Positions 35,361-44,743 of a stretch of DNA of 64,000 nt are shown here, piece by piece (positions within the stretch are counted from its first letter, which is position 1; each line of letters begins with the position of its first letter). The DNA is taken from IMG/VR virus record IMGVR_UViG_3300042389_000994, positions 2,599-66,598 of that record, one strand, 5' to 3'. The DNA comes from a virus. The notes beneath the pieces were generated by a model. The model searched no databases. It was given only the letters and a program-made list of their open reading frames with translations, and was not told where the DNA came from. The position numbers and the translations under genes were made by a program.

Positions 35361-36920
35361 ATGCATAAAAAACTCACAATCGGTGAGGATGCCCGTGCGC
35401 AACTCACCAAAGGAATTCAGTTGATGGCCGAGGCCGTCAAGAGTACACTGGGGCCGTGCGGTAATACCGTCATTTTAGAGTCCCTTGAACACATTGGTGG
35501 GATGACCATCACAAAGGATGGGGTGACTGTGGCGAGATCCATCGCATTGGAGGACCCCGTGCAGAACTTGGCGGTTCGGATTATGCGTCAAGCATCGGAG
35601 CGGACGGCAGCAATGGCGGGTGATGGCACAACAACAGCCATCGTCATCGCTGAAGCGCTCATCCTAGCCGGTATGGAGGCGGGCCTGACACTAAGCCAAG
35701 CCAAAGACCTCACCATCCTGTGCGACAAGGCCGTCGGCATGCTCAAGAAGCAGTCTAAAAAGGTGCGCCTGTCGGACCTTGAGTCCATTGCGACCATAAG
35801 CGCGAACAATGACAAGGAGATTGGGGCGATTATCGCAAAGGCATACAAGGACGTGGGAACAGAGGGCATCGTGACGGTTCAAAAGGCGCAGGGGCAGACG
35901 AGCTATGTTGAAACAACAATGGGCATGCGCTTCAAGCGTGGGTACACAAACCGGATGTTCGTCAATGATCAGCGCAAGGACGAGTGTATTTTGGAGGACG
36001 CCTATGTCCTTGTGTCGGACACACCGATCAACAACGTCCTGAACATTGAGAATATCCTCAAACCCGTCATTAATGGAGGCAAACCGCTCGTCATTATTGC
36101 GGATTGTTCGGATGCGGTGCAGATGACACTGGCAGCCAACGTGGTCAAGAACGGCCTCAAGTTCTGCGTGGTCCAACCGCCATCGTTCGGATGGCGTCGA
36201 CAGGAGCAGATGGGTGACTTGGCCTTTATGCTAGGTGGGAAGTACTTCAGTGAGCAGACAGGTGATGACTTGAGCATCGCAACAATCGGTGACCTTGGTG
36301 TTGCCCGGAGAATCGTGGTCGGTAGAGAAGAAACCATCATCGTTCGTCCCGACAGCGACAACGAGAGGTTCAAGACCCGTGTCACTGAATTGTGGGAGCA
36401 ACACAAGAATACCGAGCGCAAAGACGAGCGCGAGTTTATACTTGAGCGCATCGCTTCGCTGAGTGGCGGCATGTCAGTCATCTATGTCGGGGCGAACACG
36501 GACGTGGAGCAGAAAGAGTTGTACGATCGGGTGGATGACGCGGTGTGTGCGGTGAGGAGCGCCTTGGAGGACGGGGTGCTGCCGGGTGGTGGTGTGGCTC
36601 TAAAGCACATCGCTGAAACGATGGAGTTGCCCGATGGCGTGCTGCAGGAGTCGTTGAATGTGTTCCGAAAAGCCATTATGGCCCCATTGCGACAAATTGT
36701 AGGCAATTCGGGGAGAGATACCGCCGAGATAGAACTCAATATTGAGAATTGTGGCCCCAACTTTGGGTTTGATGTCAAGAATGGGGAATACGGCAATATG
36801 ATGACAATGGGCATCATTGACCCCGCCAAAGTGACGAAGAACGCCCTCGTCAGCGCGACGAGTGTAGCGGTTACCCTTTTAGGAACAAATGCAATTGTAA
36901 CCAATGAGAGCAGTAAATAA
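35361..36920 (+). CDS. groEL: Phage chaperonin GroEL
   Basis: TLGPCG, ITKDGVTVA, AGDGTTTA, ATISAN, GVLPGGGVAL, GIIDPAKV. Confidence 0.95.
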   Translation: MHKKLTIGEDARAQLTKGIQLMAEAVKSTLGPCGNTVILESLEHIGGMTITKDGVTVARSIALEDPVQNLAVRIMRQASERTAAMAGDGTTTAIVIAEALILAGMEAGLTLSQAKDLTILCDKAVGMLKKQSKKVRLSDLESIATISANNDKEIGAIIAKAYKDVGTEGIVTVQKAQGQTSYVETTMGMRFKRGYTNRMFVNDQRKDECILEDAYVLVSDTPINNVLNIENILKPVINGGKPLVIIADCSDAVQMTLAANVVKNGLKFCVVQPPSFGWRRQEQMGDLAFMLGGKYFSEQTGDDLSIATIGDLGVARRIVVGREETIIVRPDSDNERFKTRVTELWEQHKNTERKDEREFILERIASLSGGMSVIYVGANTDVEQKELYDRVDDAVCAVRSALEDGVLPGGGVALKHIAETMELPDGVLQESLNVFRKAIMAPLRQIVGNSGRDTAEIELNIENCGPNFGFDVKNGEYGNMMTMGIIDPAKVTKNALVSATSVAVTLLGTNAIVTNESSK

Positions 36921-37161
36921 GTTCATCGTAGCCGAAGAGGTTCATCGGGAGATCAAGACCGGTAGTGGTCTGTTGATGTCAAGTGGAGATGCTGATGACA
37001 TTCGCTACCGCGAGTGCAAGGTGGTTAGCGTTGGCAACGAGGTGGTGGCTATTAAGGAGGGTGACAGCGTCCTCTATGACAAGAACGCCGGTTTCAAGTT
37101 GCTCATTGATGGTCGTCAATACTTGGTAATTCTAGAGCGCGACGTCGTTGTCGTTTTATAG
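36904..37161 (+). CDS. groES: Co-chaperonin GroES
   Basis: KTGSGLLM, VVSVG, IKEGDSVLY, YLVILERDV. Adjacent to groEL. Confidence 0.85.
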   Translation: MRAVNKFIVAEEVHREIKTGSGLLMSSGDADDIRYRECKVVSVGNEVVAIKEGDSVLYDKNAGFKLLIDGRQYLVILERDVVVVL

Positions 37162-37552
37162 ACTCATTCAGCTCTTCGGCTGGTAGGCGCATGTTCCTTT
37201 GAGCGTAAGGGGCATCGCCTCGGTACATCGGGTTGGACCATCGTGTGTCCGGCACACCCTCCTCGCCGTTGAGTTTGCGGTAAACCCCGTTGATGATTCG
37301 GTTGGCGAGTGGGGTTAGGGAGTAAAGCTTGGATGGTTTCTCACGCACAACACCGATAAGACCGCGGTTAACGAGGGACTCAATACGCTTCTTGTCCCAT
37401 TTCATCCCTATTTGTGCAAGTTTGAGCCGTCTTGCATTGAAGATTTTTTCGGGGTGCAGGAAAAGGAGTAGTTCAAGGTCCGCTATTTCTATCGCCCAAC
37501 GGTACTTGACATAGAGGCGAACTAGTTTGAAGTATTTTAAGTAGTTTTTCAT
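37103..37552 (-). CDS. Probable winged-helix DNA-binding protein
   Basis: Start MKNYLKY at 37552. ADLELLLFL..LVNRGLI..LYSLTP pattern. The only antisense gene in the rightward arm. Confidence 0.55.
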   Translation of the reverse strand: MKNYLKYFKLVRLYVKYRWAIEIADLELLLFLHPEKIFNARRLKLAQIGMKWDKKRIESLVNRGLIGVVREKPSKLYSLTPLANRIINGVYRKLNGEEGVPDTRWSNPMYRGDAPYAQRNMRLPAEELNESIKRQRRRALELPSIDDHQ

Positions 37553-37582
37553 TTGGCGATAAAAATATGTATTTTTGGGCAA

Positions 37583-37918
37583 ATGAAAGATGCTTGCTAT
37601 CGGAAAGTAAAAGCGCAGTACGATGTATTCCCTTCGGCCAGAGCTAGCCAAGCTATCGCCAAGTGCCGCAAGGAGTCCGGAAGTGTGCGCAAAACCGAGA
37701 AAGGCGAAAGTTTAAAACGATGGGAGAAAGAGAAGTGGGTCGACCAAAAGACCGGCCGCGCCTGTGGAGCTGGTGGGAAGAACGAGTACTGCCGGCCGAG
37801 CAAAAGGGTGTCCGAGAAGACGCCCAAGACGAGCTCCGAGATAGGCCGCTCTACGCTCCGGAAAAAGATCCGGGAGAAGGAGCGCGTTGGAATGGGTAAA
37901 CGTGTAAAGCCGGTATGA
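37583..37918 (+). CDS. Small basic hypothetical protein
   Basis: MKDACYRKVK..PSARAS..LKRW.KEKWVD..CG..YCRP, preceded by a TATTTTTG box. Confidence 0.7.
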   Translation: MKDACYRKVKAQYDVFPSARASQAIAKCRKESGSVRKTEKGESLKRWEKEKWVDQKTGRACGAGGKNEYCRPSKRVSEKTPKTSSEIGRSTLRKKIREKERVGMGKRVKPV

Positions 37919-38316
37919 AAAAGTTTCCATATAAGCCACCTCAAAAACCAGCTAGCGGTAAGGTTGAGTATGTGCCGTTAGTTGAAGTTTTGGTTGGGGG
38001 TTCTGCTCAAGTCGCAAAACTCGGCGTTAAAGCTGCTAAAACTCAATTAGAAAGCCTTGCCACTACGTCTGCTGCTGAAACATTAAAAAAGGCGCATGAG
38101 AATAAAGGGAAAGGAGCAGAGGGTTTGAAAAACATTTTTTTTAAAAAAGGAGGAAAAATGCCATTAAAGAAAGCAAAGGGGAAGGCCGACATGCAGAAAG
38201 CGGTATCGGCAAACATTCAAGAGTTGACCCGTGCAAATCGGGAGAAACCAGCCGGCAAGAAGCGTAGCAAGGAACAGATTGCCGCAATCGCTTATTCAGC
38301 AGCTCGGAAAAAATAA
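37915..38316 (+). CDS. Basic hypothetical protein
   Basis: ATGA-coupled. C-terminal MPLKK..NI.EL..QIAAIAYS segment. Confidence 0.6.
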   Translation: MKKFPYKPPQKPASGKVEYVPLVEVLVGGSAQVAKLGVKAAKTQLESLATTSAAETLKKAHENKGKGAEGLKNIFFKKGGKMPLKKAKGKADMQKAVSANIQELTRANREKPAGKKRSKEQIAAIAYSAARKK

Positions 38317-38352
38317 TGCTACCTTTGTTGCCAATAAACCCGGGACTACCCT

Positions 38353-38640
38353 ATGAAGAAAGAGTCAATGCCATGCAACAAGCCGAGGCCATCAACGAGT
38401 CCCGGAAAAAAGCGGATGGTAAAAGCTTGCGAAGGCGGCCAAGAGAAAATCGTTCATTATGGAGCGGAAGGCTATGGCCACAATTACAGCGCGGCTGCTC
38501 GAAAGTCTTTCAAGGCGCGTCACAAGTGCGACACGGCCACAAGCAAGCTTACGGCTCGCTATTGGGCATGCAAGGACTTATGGGCTGGCAAGGGCGGCAG
38601 CACAAAGTCAAGCCCCAAGGGCAGAAAGGGTAAGTACTAA
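38353..38640 (+). CDS. Small basic hypothetical protein
   Basis: CNKP..KIVHYG..RKSFKARHKC..ARYWAC..LW. Confidence 0.7.
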   Translation: MKKESMPCNKPRPSTSPGKKRMVKACEGGQEKIVHYGAEGYGHNYSAAARKSFKARHKCDTATSKLTARYWACKDLWAGKGGSTKSSPKGRKGKY

Positions 38641-38912
38641 TGGGGACCTGTTCAAAAGGCTGTAAGTGCCGATCATGCAGCGGAGGCAAATCACGCACCG
38701 CAAAGTATTATGCAGCCAACCCAGAGGCTCGCAAGAAAAAAGCCGAGTACGATACCAAGTATCACTCCACCCCAGAACGACGTAAGTATCGTGCGGAGTT
38801 GGTTCAAAAAAACCGCGAGATGGGTAAGAAGGGTGACGGGCTTGATGTATCTCATCAGAAAGGCGGAAAGTTTATCTTAGAAAAAGCATCCAAAAATAGA
38901 GCAAGAAAATGA
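38640..38912 (+). CDS. Small basic protein (degenerate HNH-like tail)
   Basis: GDGLDVSH..LE.ASKNRAR. Confidence 0.6.
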   Translation: MGTCSKGCKCRSCSGGKSRTAKYYAANPEARKKKAEYDTKYHSTPERRKYRAELVQKNREMGKKGDGLDVSHQKGGKFILEKASKNRARK

Positions 38913-39193
38913 AAGAGTTTTTAATGGACCTAGGGTTCAACATTGGTTTAGCCCTGTCGGGTTTGTTGGGTAGCCTCGTAACGATCTGGCGCTCCAAGAA
39001 AAAGATGAATGTCAAGGAGCAAGCCTTGTCGCTTATTGCCGGTACATTGTCGGCAAACTACCTGACCCCATTGGTTATAAGCTTTATGGATCTAAAGGAC
39101 AACACCCAGTTTGGTGTTGCTTTTGTAGTTGGATTTGGAGGACTTAAAGCAGTTGAGTATGTCTACGAAAAATACTTCACAAAGCAAGGATAG
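38909..39193 (+). CDS. Probable holin
   Basis: 94 aa with three hydrophobic segments, near the endolysin gene. Confidence 0.6.
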   Translation: MKEFLMDLGFNIGLALSGLLGSLVTIWRSKKKMNVKEQALSLIAGTLSANYLTPLVISFMDLKDNTQFGVAFVVGFGGLKAVEYVYEKYFTKQG

Positions 39194-39341
39194 AGGATTC
39201 GGCGACACCTTGGCTCGTATCTTTACAACCACGGGCGTCAAGGCGGTCGTTGATAAGATATCAGAGGTCACAGGCAAAGACTGTGGCTGTAGCGAAAGAC
39301 AAGAAGCGTTAAACGAGTTATTACCATATAAAACCCAGTAA
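39159..39341 (+). CDS. Small hypothetical protein (GFGD..TG.K..DCGC..RQE.LN)
   Basis: ATG at 39159, ending just before the next gene. Confidence 0.6.
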   Translation: MSTKNTSQSKDRGFGDTLARIFTTTGVKAVVDKISEVTGKDCGCSERQEALNELLPYKTQ

Positions 39342-39343
39342 AA

Positions 39344-42300
39344 ATGGCATTAGAGCAAATTTCAAGTTATGCATTCTTCCCAGCGATAAATGCTGGGGGC
39401 CAGCAGTATTCTGCGCAGTTGACAATTCCCGGACGATGGAACATTGGTCAAATTCGTAGGATTGTCAACTCTACTCGAAACAAGTTGATGTACAGCGATG
39501 AGCATGAGAAGCTTATCGGCACGATTTCATTTAGCGGGTATAGCGCAACGATCCCCGCTGGTTTACCGACGACATTAATACAAAAGGCCGGTGGTGTGAC
39601 GACGTTTAACCTGTTGATGGATACGACCTATATGGGGGCAAACGATACGCTTGAAATATTGGTCGAGAAGAAGGAGCAGATTGTTCGCCCATTTGACTTT
39701 GGAACGGATGCGATTGAGCGTATCAGGGTGTCCGACCCCAAGTCAATGATTGACGCTGACTTTGAGTACGGCTTGCAGCCTACCAAATGGGCTTCCTATG
39801 GATTGAACCGGTACTTCCCGTCGATTCTTGAACTTCAAAGTAATGACCTTATTGTATCTACCATTACTTCCGATGGGACAACTACATCAAGTACGAACTC
39901 ATTAATTACGGTTACTACATTAGGGCCGCATGGAATTGCAGCTGTCAGAACCCCTATTCATGTTGCTGGAACAAGTCAAGCGATTGCCCTTGGTGTAGGC
40001 GGAGCAGACGGCGGGTTTTTAGTTGAAACGGTTTCTAGTACAACTCAGTTTACTTATAGGGCTAAAACGACCATAACTTCTGGGTCAATTTTTGCCGACA
40101 ATATTGTACTTCGTCGTTGTATTTTTTCATCAAATTCGGAAATTCCAATTCAGCAGATTACGACCGCAAGTCATCTTGGTGGTGATCCATTAACGGTTTC
40201 ATCTGCCATTGCAGCAACACTTACCAATAGCACTTCATCTGGAACGACTATAACGGTTACTAGTACAGCAAATCTTGCGGCTGGTATGCAAATTTTAGTA
40301 ACAGTCGGTACTGGAACCCTTGCACCGGGAGGTGGTGTCATAACGGCAATTTTAACTGCAACAACCTTTTCTGTTGCTATTGCTCCTTCTACCGCTTTAT
40401 CGGCCGCTACGGTGGTGGCTCTAATACCGCACAATCTTGTTCCAGGCACACCTTTGCTTGTTCGCGTATTGAACGGAACTAATACGGGTTTGGCCAATGG
40501 GTCTTTCTTTGTCAACAGTGTTCCTGGGCCTGGTCAGTTTACATTTAGACCACGCCAAGACCAAACAACCAACACCATAAACTTTACTGGCTCCACAACA
40601 ACTATTACGGCCAACTCAGACGGATTAGCCGCTCCAAGACCATGGGATGGTGGCGTTCAGATTTATACAGCGAGTGCTTCTCATGGAGCGTCTATTGTTC
40701 GTGCTACAAAAAAGTACAACCGATATCAGTCTGGTAAAGGATACCTATGGTCATCCGGTGTGTTATTCCGCCCGAACTATGACATTCGTAGCATCACATC
40801 TACTGGAAACAGTCCCGGCTCAACCGTTACCGTTACTACCGACGGGGTTCCGCACGGACTGCAAACCGGCGCAACTGTTACTATTGCCGGGGTAAGCACG
40901 GCGGGATACAATGGTTCTTTTGTCGTAAATGGCATCACAAGTGCTTATGCGTTTACATACTCAAACCTTGTAGCGCTTGGAGGGTCCCCCGGCGTAACCG
41001 TTCCGGGCATAGACGCTAAAGCCATTGTCACGGCATGGTCCGGGGCCGTTGTGAGGGCTGGTCCTTTTGATGACCAAAACGGGATGTTCTTTGAATACGA
41101 TGGAGCAACATTCTGGGCGGTTCGGCGAAGTGCGGTTTTTCAGCTTGCCGGAACTTTAGCTATTAACACTGGAAGGACAACAGTTACTGGAACGGATACT
41201 AGGTTTCTCCAACAGGTAAGGGTTGGTGATAAAATCGCGCTTAAAGGCATGACCTATTTGGTGGCATCAATCGGAAGTGACACTAGCATGACCATTTCTC
41301 CAGACTGGAGGCCAACGGCAAATGCGAGCGGAATTAAGGGAAGTATTATCCGTGAAACCCGAATCGCTCAGTCAAACTGGAACATAGATACTTGTGATGG
41401 TAGCGGCGGGGTAAATAACCCAAGCGGATTTTTGCTTGACTTGAACACCATGCAAATGGTCGGTATTCAGTACACATGGTATGGAGCCGGATTTATTGAC
41501 TGGATGATTCGCGGCGCTGACGGAAACTGGATAATGGTTCATCGACTCAAGAACAACAACGTGAACTACGAGGCCCACATGAGGACTGGTAACTTGCCCG
41601 TTCGCTACTCAGTGGAAAACGAAGGGGCTTATACTTTCTTGACCGCATCGCTTGCGGCTGGCACCACTACCTCAATGAGCGTTGCAAGCACGGCGGATTT
41701 CCCAAACGCCGGAACTCTTTTGATTGACCAAGAAATCATTAGCTATAGTGGAAAAACAGCAACGACTTTTACTACGCTGTCTAGAGCGGCAAACTTGGTT
41801 AAGTTTCAAGGAGGGGTTTCAAGGACGTTTACTGGCTCAGTTGATAGCATCCACAACACGCCAACCGCATCTGCGACAAATGGACCGGGCGTTGTGCTTA
41901 TTCGCAACACTTGTAGCCCATCGCTCGTTCACTGGGGTTCGGCTTTGGTTATGGACGGAGGGTTTGACTCTGACCGTGGCTATATTTTTAATACTCAAAG
42001 AACCATTGATATACTAGGCGCTGCAACATCAACAAACAAAAAGCAGGCTTTTGCCTTGAGGTTAGCCCCATCCGTTTCTGCGGGTATTTTGGGGGTTTTA
42101 GGCTCTAGGGACCTTATCAATAGGGCTCAATTCCTTCTTGACACCATTGGAGTAGATATTGATAATGCCTCGAACGCAAGGGCCATTGTCGTTGAGGGCA
42201 TTGTGAACCCAACAAATTTATCATTTTTACCAGTCACTCTAACAGGGGGTAGTTCTTCTGGAACAACCATAACGGTTGCATCAACCGCATCCCTTTCCGT

Positions 42301-42805
42301 AGGTATGACAGTTGTAGTGACGACTGGGACTGGGTTGTTTGCCCCTAGTGGAAGCGTCGTTCTTACCATTCCAAGTGCAACGACTTTCACTGTTGGTGCT
42401 GCTCCTTCTACCGCTTTATCTGGGGCTACAATAACTGCAACGGGAGGGTGGATTGATGTAAACTCTGTTTCCCAAGGGTCGCAGCCATCGTTTACGCAAG
42501 TATCAACAGCATTTGTTGTTGGAAGCACGGGTAACTCTCAAAATAATAGTGGATGTACCGGTGGAGAAACAATCTTTTCCTTTGCGCTTCCCGTACCTGC
42601 TGGAGCCACAGCAGCGTCTAGTGGAGCCGTTAATGATAGACTTGGTCTAACTACCTTGAAAGAATTAACGAATGCCCCAATCGGGGGGGATGGCGTTTAT
42701 CCGGACGGCCCAGAGGTACTAGTCATTCAACTTTCTATGGTAGGGACTGCTACAGGAACAGCTAGTGCCACAGTTCTTTGCCGCTGGTCTGAGGCTCAAG
42801 CGTAA
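39344..42805 (+). CDS. Large beta-rich virion fibre/structural protein
   Basis: Thr/Gly/Ser-rich, with repeated VTT..PHGL..G modules and a duplicated ~65-aa unit. Confidence 0.65.
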   Translation: MALEQISSYAFFPAINAGGQQYSAQLTIPGRWNIGQIRRIVNSTRNKLMYSDEHEKLIGTISFSGYSATIPAGLPTTLIQKAGGVTTFNLLMDTTYMGANDTLEILVEKKEQIVRPFDFGTDAIERIRVSDPKSMIDADFEYGLQPTKWASYGLNRYFPSILELQSNDLIVSTITSDGTTTSSTNSLITVTTLGPHGIAAVRTPIHVAGTSQAIALGVGGADGGFLVETVSSTTQFTYRAKTTITSGSIFADNIVLRRCIFSSNSEIPIQQITTASHLGGDPLTVSSAIAATLTNSTSSGTTITVTSTANLAAGMQILVTVGTGTLAPGGGVITAILTATTFSVAIAPSTALSAATVVALIPHNLVPGTPLLVRVLNGTNTGLANGSFFVNSVPGPGQFTFRPRQDQTTNTINFTGSTTTITANSDGLAAPRPWDGGVQIYTASASHGASIVRATKKYNRYQSGKGYLWSSGVLFRPNYDIRSITSTGNSPGSTVTVTTDGVPHGLQTGATVTIAGVSTAGYNGSFVVNGITSAYAFTYSNLVALGGSPGVTVPGIDAKAIVTAWSGAVVRAGPFDDQNGMFFEYDGATFWAVRRSAVFQLAGTLAINTGRTTVTGTDTRFLQQVRVGDKIALKGMTYLVASIGSDTSMTISPDWRPTANASGIKGSIIRETRIAQSNWNIDTCDGSGGVNNPSGFLLDLNTMQMVGIQYTWYGAGFIDWMIRGADGNWIMVHRLKNNNVNYEAHMRTGNLPVRYSVENEGAYTFLTASLAAGTTTSMSVASTADFPNAGTLLIDQEIISYSGKTATTFTTLSRAANLVKFQGGVSRTFTGSVDSIHNTPTASATNGPGVVLIRNTCSPSLVHWGSALVMDGGFDSDRGYIFNTQRTIDILGAATSTNKKQAFALRLAPSVSAGILGVLGSRDLINRAQFLLDTIGVDIDNASNARAIVVEGIVNPTNLSFLPVTLTGGSSSGTTITVASTASLSVGMTVVVTTGTGLFAPSGSVVLTIPSATTFTVGAAPSTALSGATITATGGWIDVNSVSQGSQPSFTQVSTAFVVGSTGNSQNNSGCTGGETIFSFALPVPAGATAASSGAVNDRLGLTTLKELTNAPIGGDGVYPDGPEVLVIQLSMVGTATGTASATVLCRWSEAQA

Positions 42806-43209
42806 TGCGAGAGATTAAGAACCTCGTCTGCCATTGCACGGCTACCGCTAAGAATACTCCCGTCGATGCTATAAAAAAGTATTGGCGGGAGAATCTTGGC
42901 TGGAAGGCAGTTGGCTATCACCGAATAATCAAATCAAATGGAGAAATTATTCAACTCGCTTCGGACGAAGCTATCACAAATGGCGTGGCAGGTCACAATA
43001 GAAATAGCCTGCACGTTTGTTATATTGGAGGAAAGACTGCTGACGATAGAACGCCGGCTCAGAAAACGGCTATGGAGAAAGTCCTAAGGGAATGGCTATC
43101 CAAGTACCCGAAGGCCAGAATCATTGGGCATCGCGATTTCCCCGGCGTCAAGAAAGCCTGTCCTCAATTTAGTGCAGAAAAAGAATATGGCTACCTCTAT
43201 ACATCTTAA
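42805..43209 (+). CDS. Endolysin, N-acetylmuramoyl-L-alanine amidase (T7 lysozyme-like)
   Basis: HCTAT, GW..VGYH, V.GHN..S..VCYIGG, GHRD, KACPQF. Confidence 0.9.
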   Translation: MREIKNLVCHCTATAKNTPVDAIKKYWRENLGWKAVGYHRIIKSNGEIIQLASDEAITNGVAGHNRNSLHVCYIGGKTADDRTPAQKTAMEKVLREWLSKYPKARIIGHRDFPGVKKACPQFSAEKEYGYLYTS

Positions 43210-43612
43210 ACTCCTCACGGTCCTGTTCTTGTTTGTGGGTTGCAGCAAGAAAACCGTCACTCAGATTGAGTATCGGACAAGGGTTGACATTCAGCGCGAC
43301 ACCGTGCAGATGCCGGTCATTGTGGAAACAGCCATCCCATCGCCATGCGATACCAACGGGATACTCAAGGACTTTAAGTTTGAAACCCAAGCCGGCCCAA
43401 CAAAGGTTAAGTTGGCGGTTGAAAAGAATCGCATAATCGTCAAACTAAAAACGGACACGATAAGGATTGGCTATAGGAGTGTGTCCGACACACTGTTTGT
43501 TTATAAGGACAAGATCACAACCAAAAAGGTCACGCCAAGGTGGGCATGGCAGCTGCTGATTGCCAATATCGTTGTAGCCATCGGGATTTTACTATATTTG
43601 CGTTTGAAATGA
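43187..43612 (+). CDS. Probable unimolecular spanin
   Basis: Lipobox LFLFVG-C at the N-terminus, beta-rich middle and a C-terminal TM. Overlaps the endolysin. Confidence 0.65.
   Translation: MATSIHLKLLTVLFLFVGCSKKTVTQIEYRTRVDIQRDTVQMPVIVETAIPSPCDTNGILKDFKFETQAGPTKVKLAVEKNRIIVKLKTDTIRIGYRSVSDTLFVYKDKITTKKVTPRWAWQLLIANIVVAIGILLYLRLK
43478..43494. repeat. Dispersed palindrome, perfect copy (in frame, SVSDTL)
   Basis: AGTGTGTC-C-GACACACT. Confidence 0.95.
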
Positions 43613-43857
43613 AAAAGTCAAGGGTATACTTGAAGGAAATGCTTTCGGCTCCAGTGGTCACTCCGGGCCGGTTCTCCCATAAGTACAACCCCATCGATAT
43701 TATGGCCAACGGGCGCAAGATTGCAGAGGCGACCGGTGGCGAGTATATCTTTAACCCAAAGCAAGTATCAACCATGAAGCGTTTGGTCAAAAAAAATGAT
43801 AAGGCCGGCCTTCATTCTTATGTTCGTTCACTCATCCAAAAATTTGAAAAACCATGA
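43609..43857 (+). CDS. Small hypothetical protein
   Basis: ATG at 43609, after a TATATTTG box at 43593-43600. Confidence 0.6.
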   Translation: MKKSRVYLKEMLSAPVVTPGRFSHKYNPIDIMANGRKIAEATGGEYIFNPKQVSTMKRLVKKNDKAGLHSYVRSLIQKFEKP

Positions 43858-43967
43858 AAAACAAGCCAGCACCCAAAAAGAAGATGTCCGCCAAAGAAAT
43901 GGAGGCCATGAAAAAATCCAAAATGTCCACCATGAAGTATGGCGGCAAAATGAAAAAGCCATGCTAA
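43854..43967 (+). CDS. 37-aa Lys/Met-rich peptide (not in the ORF track)
   Basis: MKNKPAPKKKMSAKEMEAMKKSKMSTMKYGGKMKKPC*, ATGA-coupled. Confidence 0.55.
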   Translation: MKNKPAPKKKMSAKEMEAMKKSKMSTMKYGGKMKKPC

Positions 43968-44194
43968 ATAAGAAGAACCCATTAGCAAAATGCTATCAAG
44001 ATGGGGGAAAATTAAAAGGCAAGTCAAAGACCGCTTGGTCTGACGACATTCGCAATCCGGAAAACGCGGAATACGTTTCTGAGGTAGCGTTCAATAAAGG
44101 GGTAAATGAAAAGCGAGTTACCCAAAAGCAATTCAACAAACGATACAAGGACACACTGAGCGATTCTACCCTGAGTTCAAAAAAGAAACGATAA
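43961..44194 (+). CDS. Small basic hypothetical protein
   Basis: ATG at 43961 (MLNKKNP..YQDGGK). Confidence 0.55.
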   Translation: MLNKKNPLAKCYQDGGKLKGKSKTAWSDDIRNPENAEYVSEVAFNKGVNEKRVTQKQFNKRYKDTLSDSTLSSKKKR

Positions 44195-44743
44195 ATGCCC
44201 AAGATAAGCACATACTCAACCGTAACTCCGGCAGACGCAGACCTTATACTTATTAGTGATGCTAACGATAGCAACAACACTAAGAATGTCCCGCTTGCAT
44301 CTTTAAAGGGGGCGTTGTTTGCTTATACTGAAATTTATGATTCAACGCCGGGGGAGGACACGATTGCGGGCGCTACTCCTACCAAGTTGATTGTAACAAC
44401 TACGCAGGGGGAAATAAGCGCTAATTCGGGGTTACAGCAAAATGGCCTTGGGAGGATTACAAATGGGGGGGCGTCAAGAGTATTTGCGATAACCTATTCT
44501 GTATCCATAGCGGCGCAAAACAACCGTGATGTTGAGTTTAGTCTTGGAAAAAGTGGAACGGTTATACCGCATTCTCAAACAGATAGTATAACCGGCCAGG
44601 GAGATAAAGGCGTTAGCGTTTCAAACACAATAATCACAACCCTAAATACGGGTCAGTATGTTGAGGTTTATATCGCTCATGTTGGCGGAGGCACTCTTTC
44701 GTGTGAATTGCGACATTTAAATTTAGTTTTAAGACAAGTATAA
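44195..44743 (+). CDS. Probable virion fibre/decoration protein
   Basis: MPKISTY..P..ADLILISD..TKN N-terminus and a jelly-roll-like C-terminus. Confidence 0.55.
   Translation: MPKISTYSTVTPADADLILISDANDSNNTKNVPLASLKGALFAYTEIYDSTPGEDTIAGATPTKLIVTTTQGEISANSGLQQNGLGRITNGGASRVFAITYSVSIAAQNNRDVEFSLGKSGTVIPHSQTDSITGQGDKGVSVSNTIITTLNTGQYVEVYIAHVGGGTLSCELRHLNLVLRQV

Noticed and set aside
38316-38633. 105-aa ORF overlapping 38353-38640
   Set aside because: Its start overlaps a TACCTTTG promoter box, and the other frame has better motifs and stop-start coupling.
9004-44157. Half-sites of the palindrome (e.g. 9004, 12635, 22456, 28327, 33448, 39726, 44150)
   Set aside because: Several 7-bp matches are expected by chance, so they were not counted as copies.
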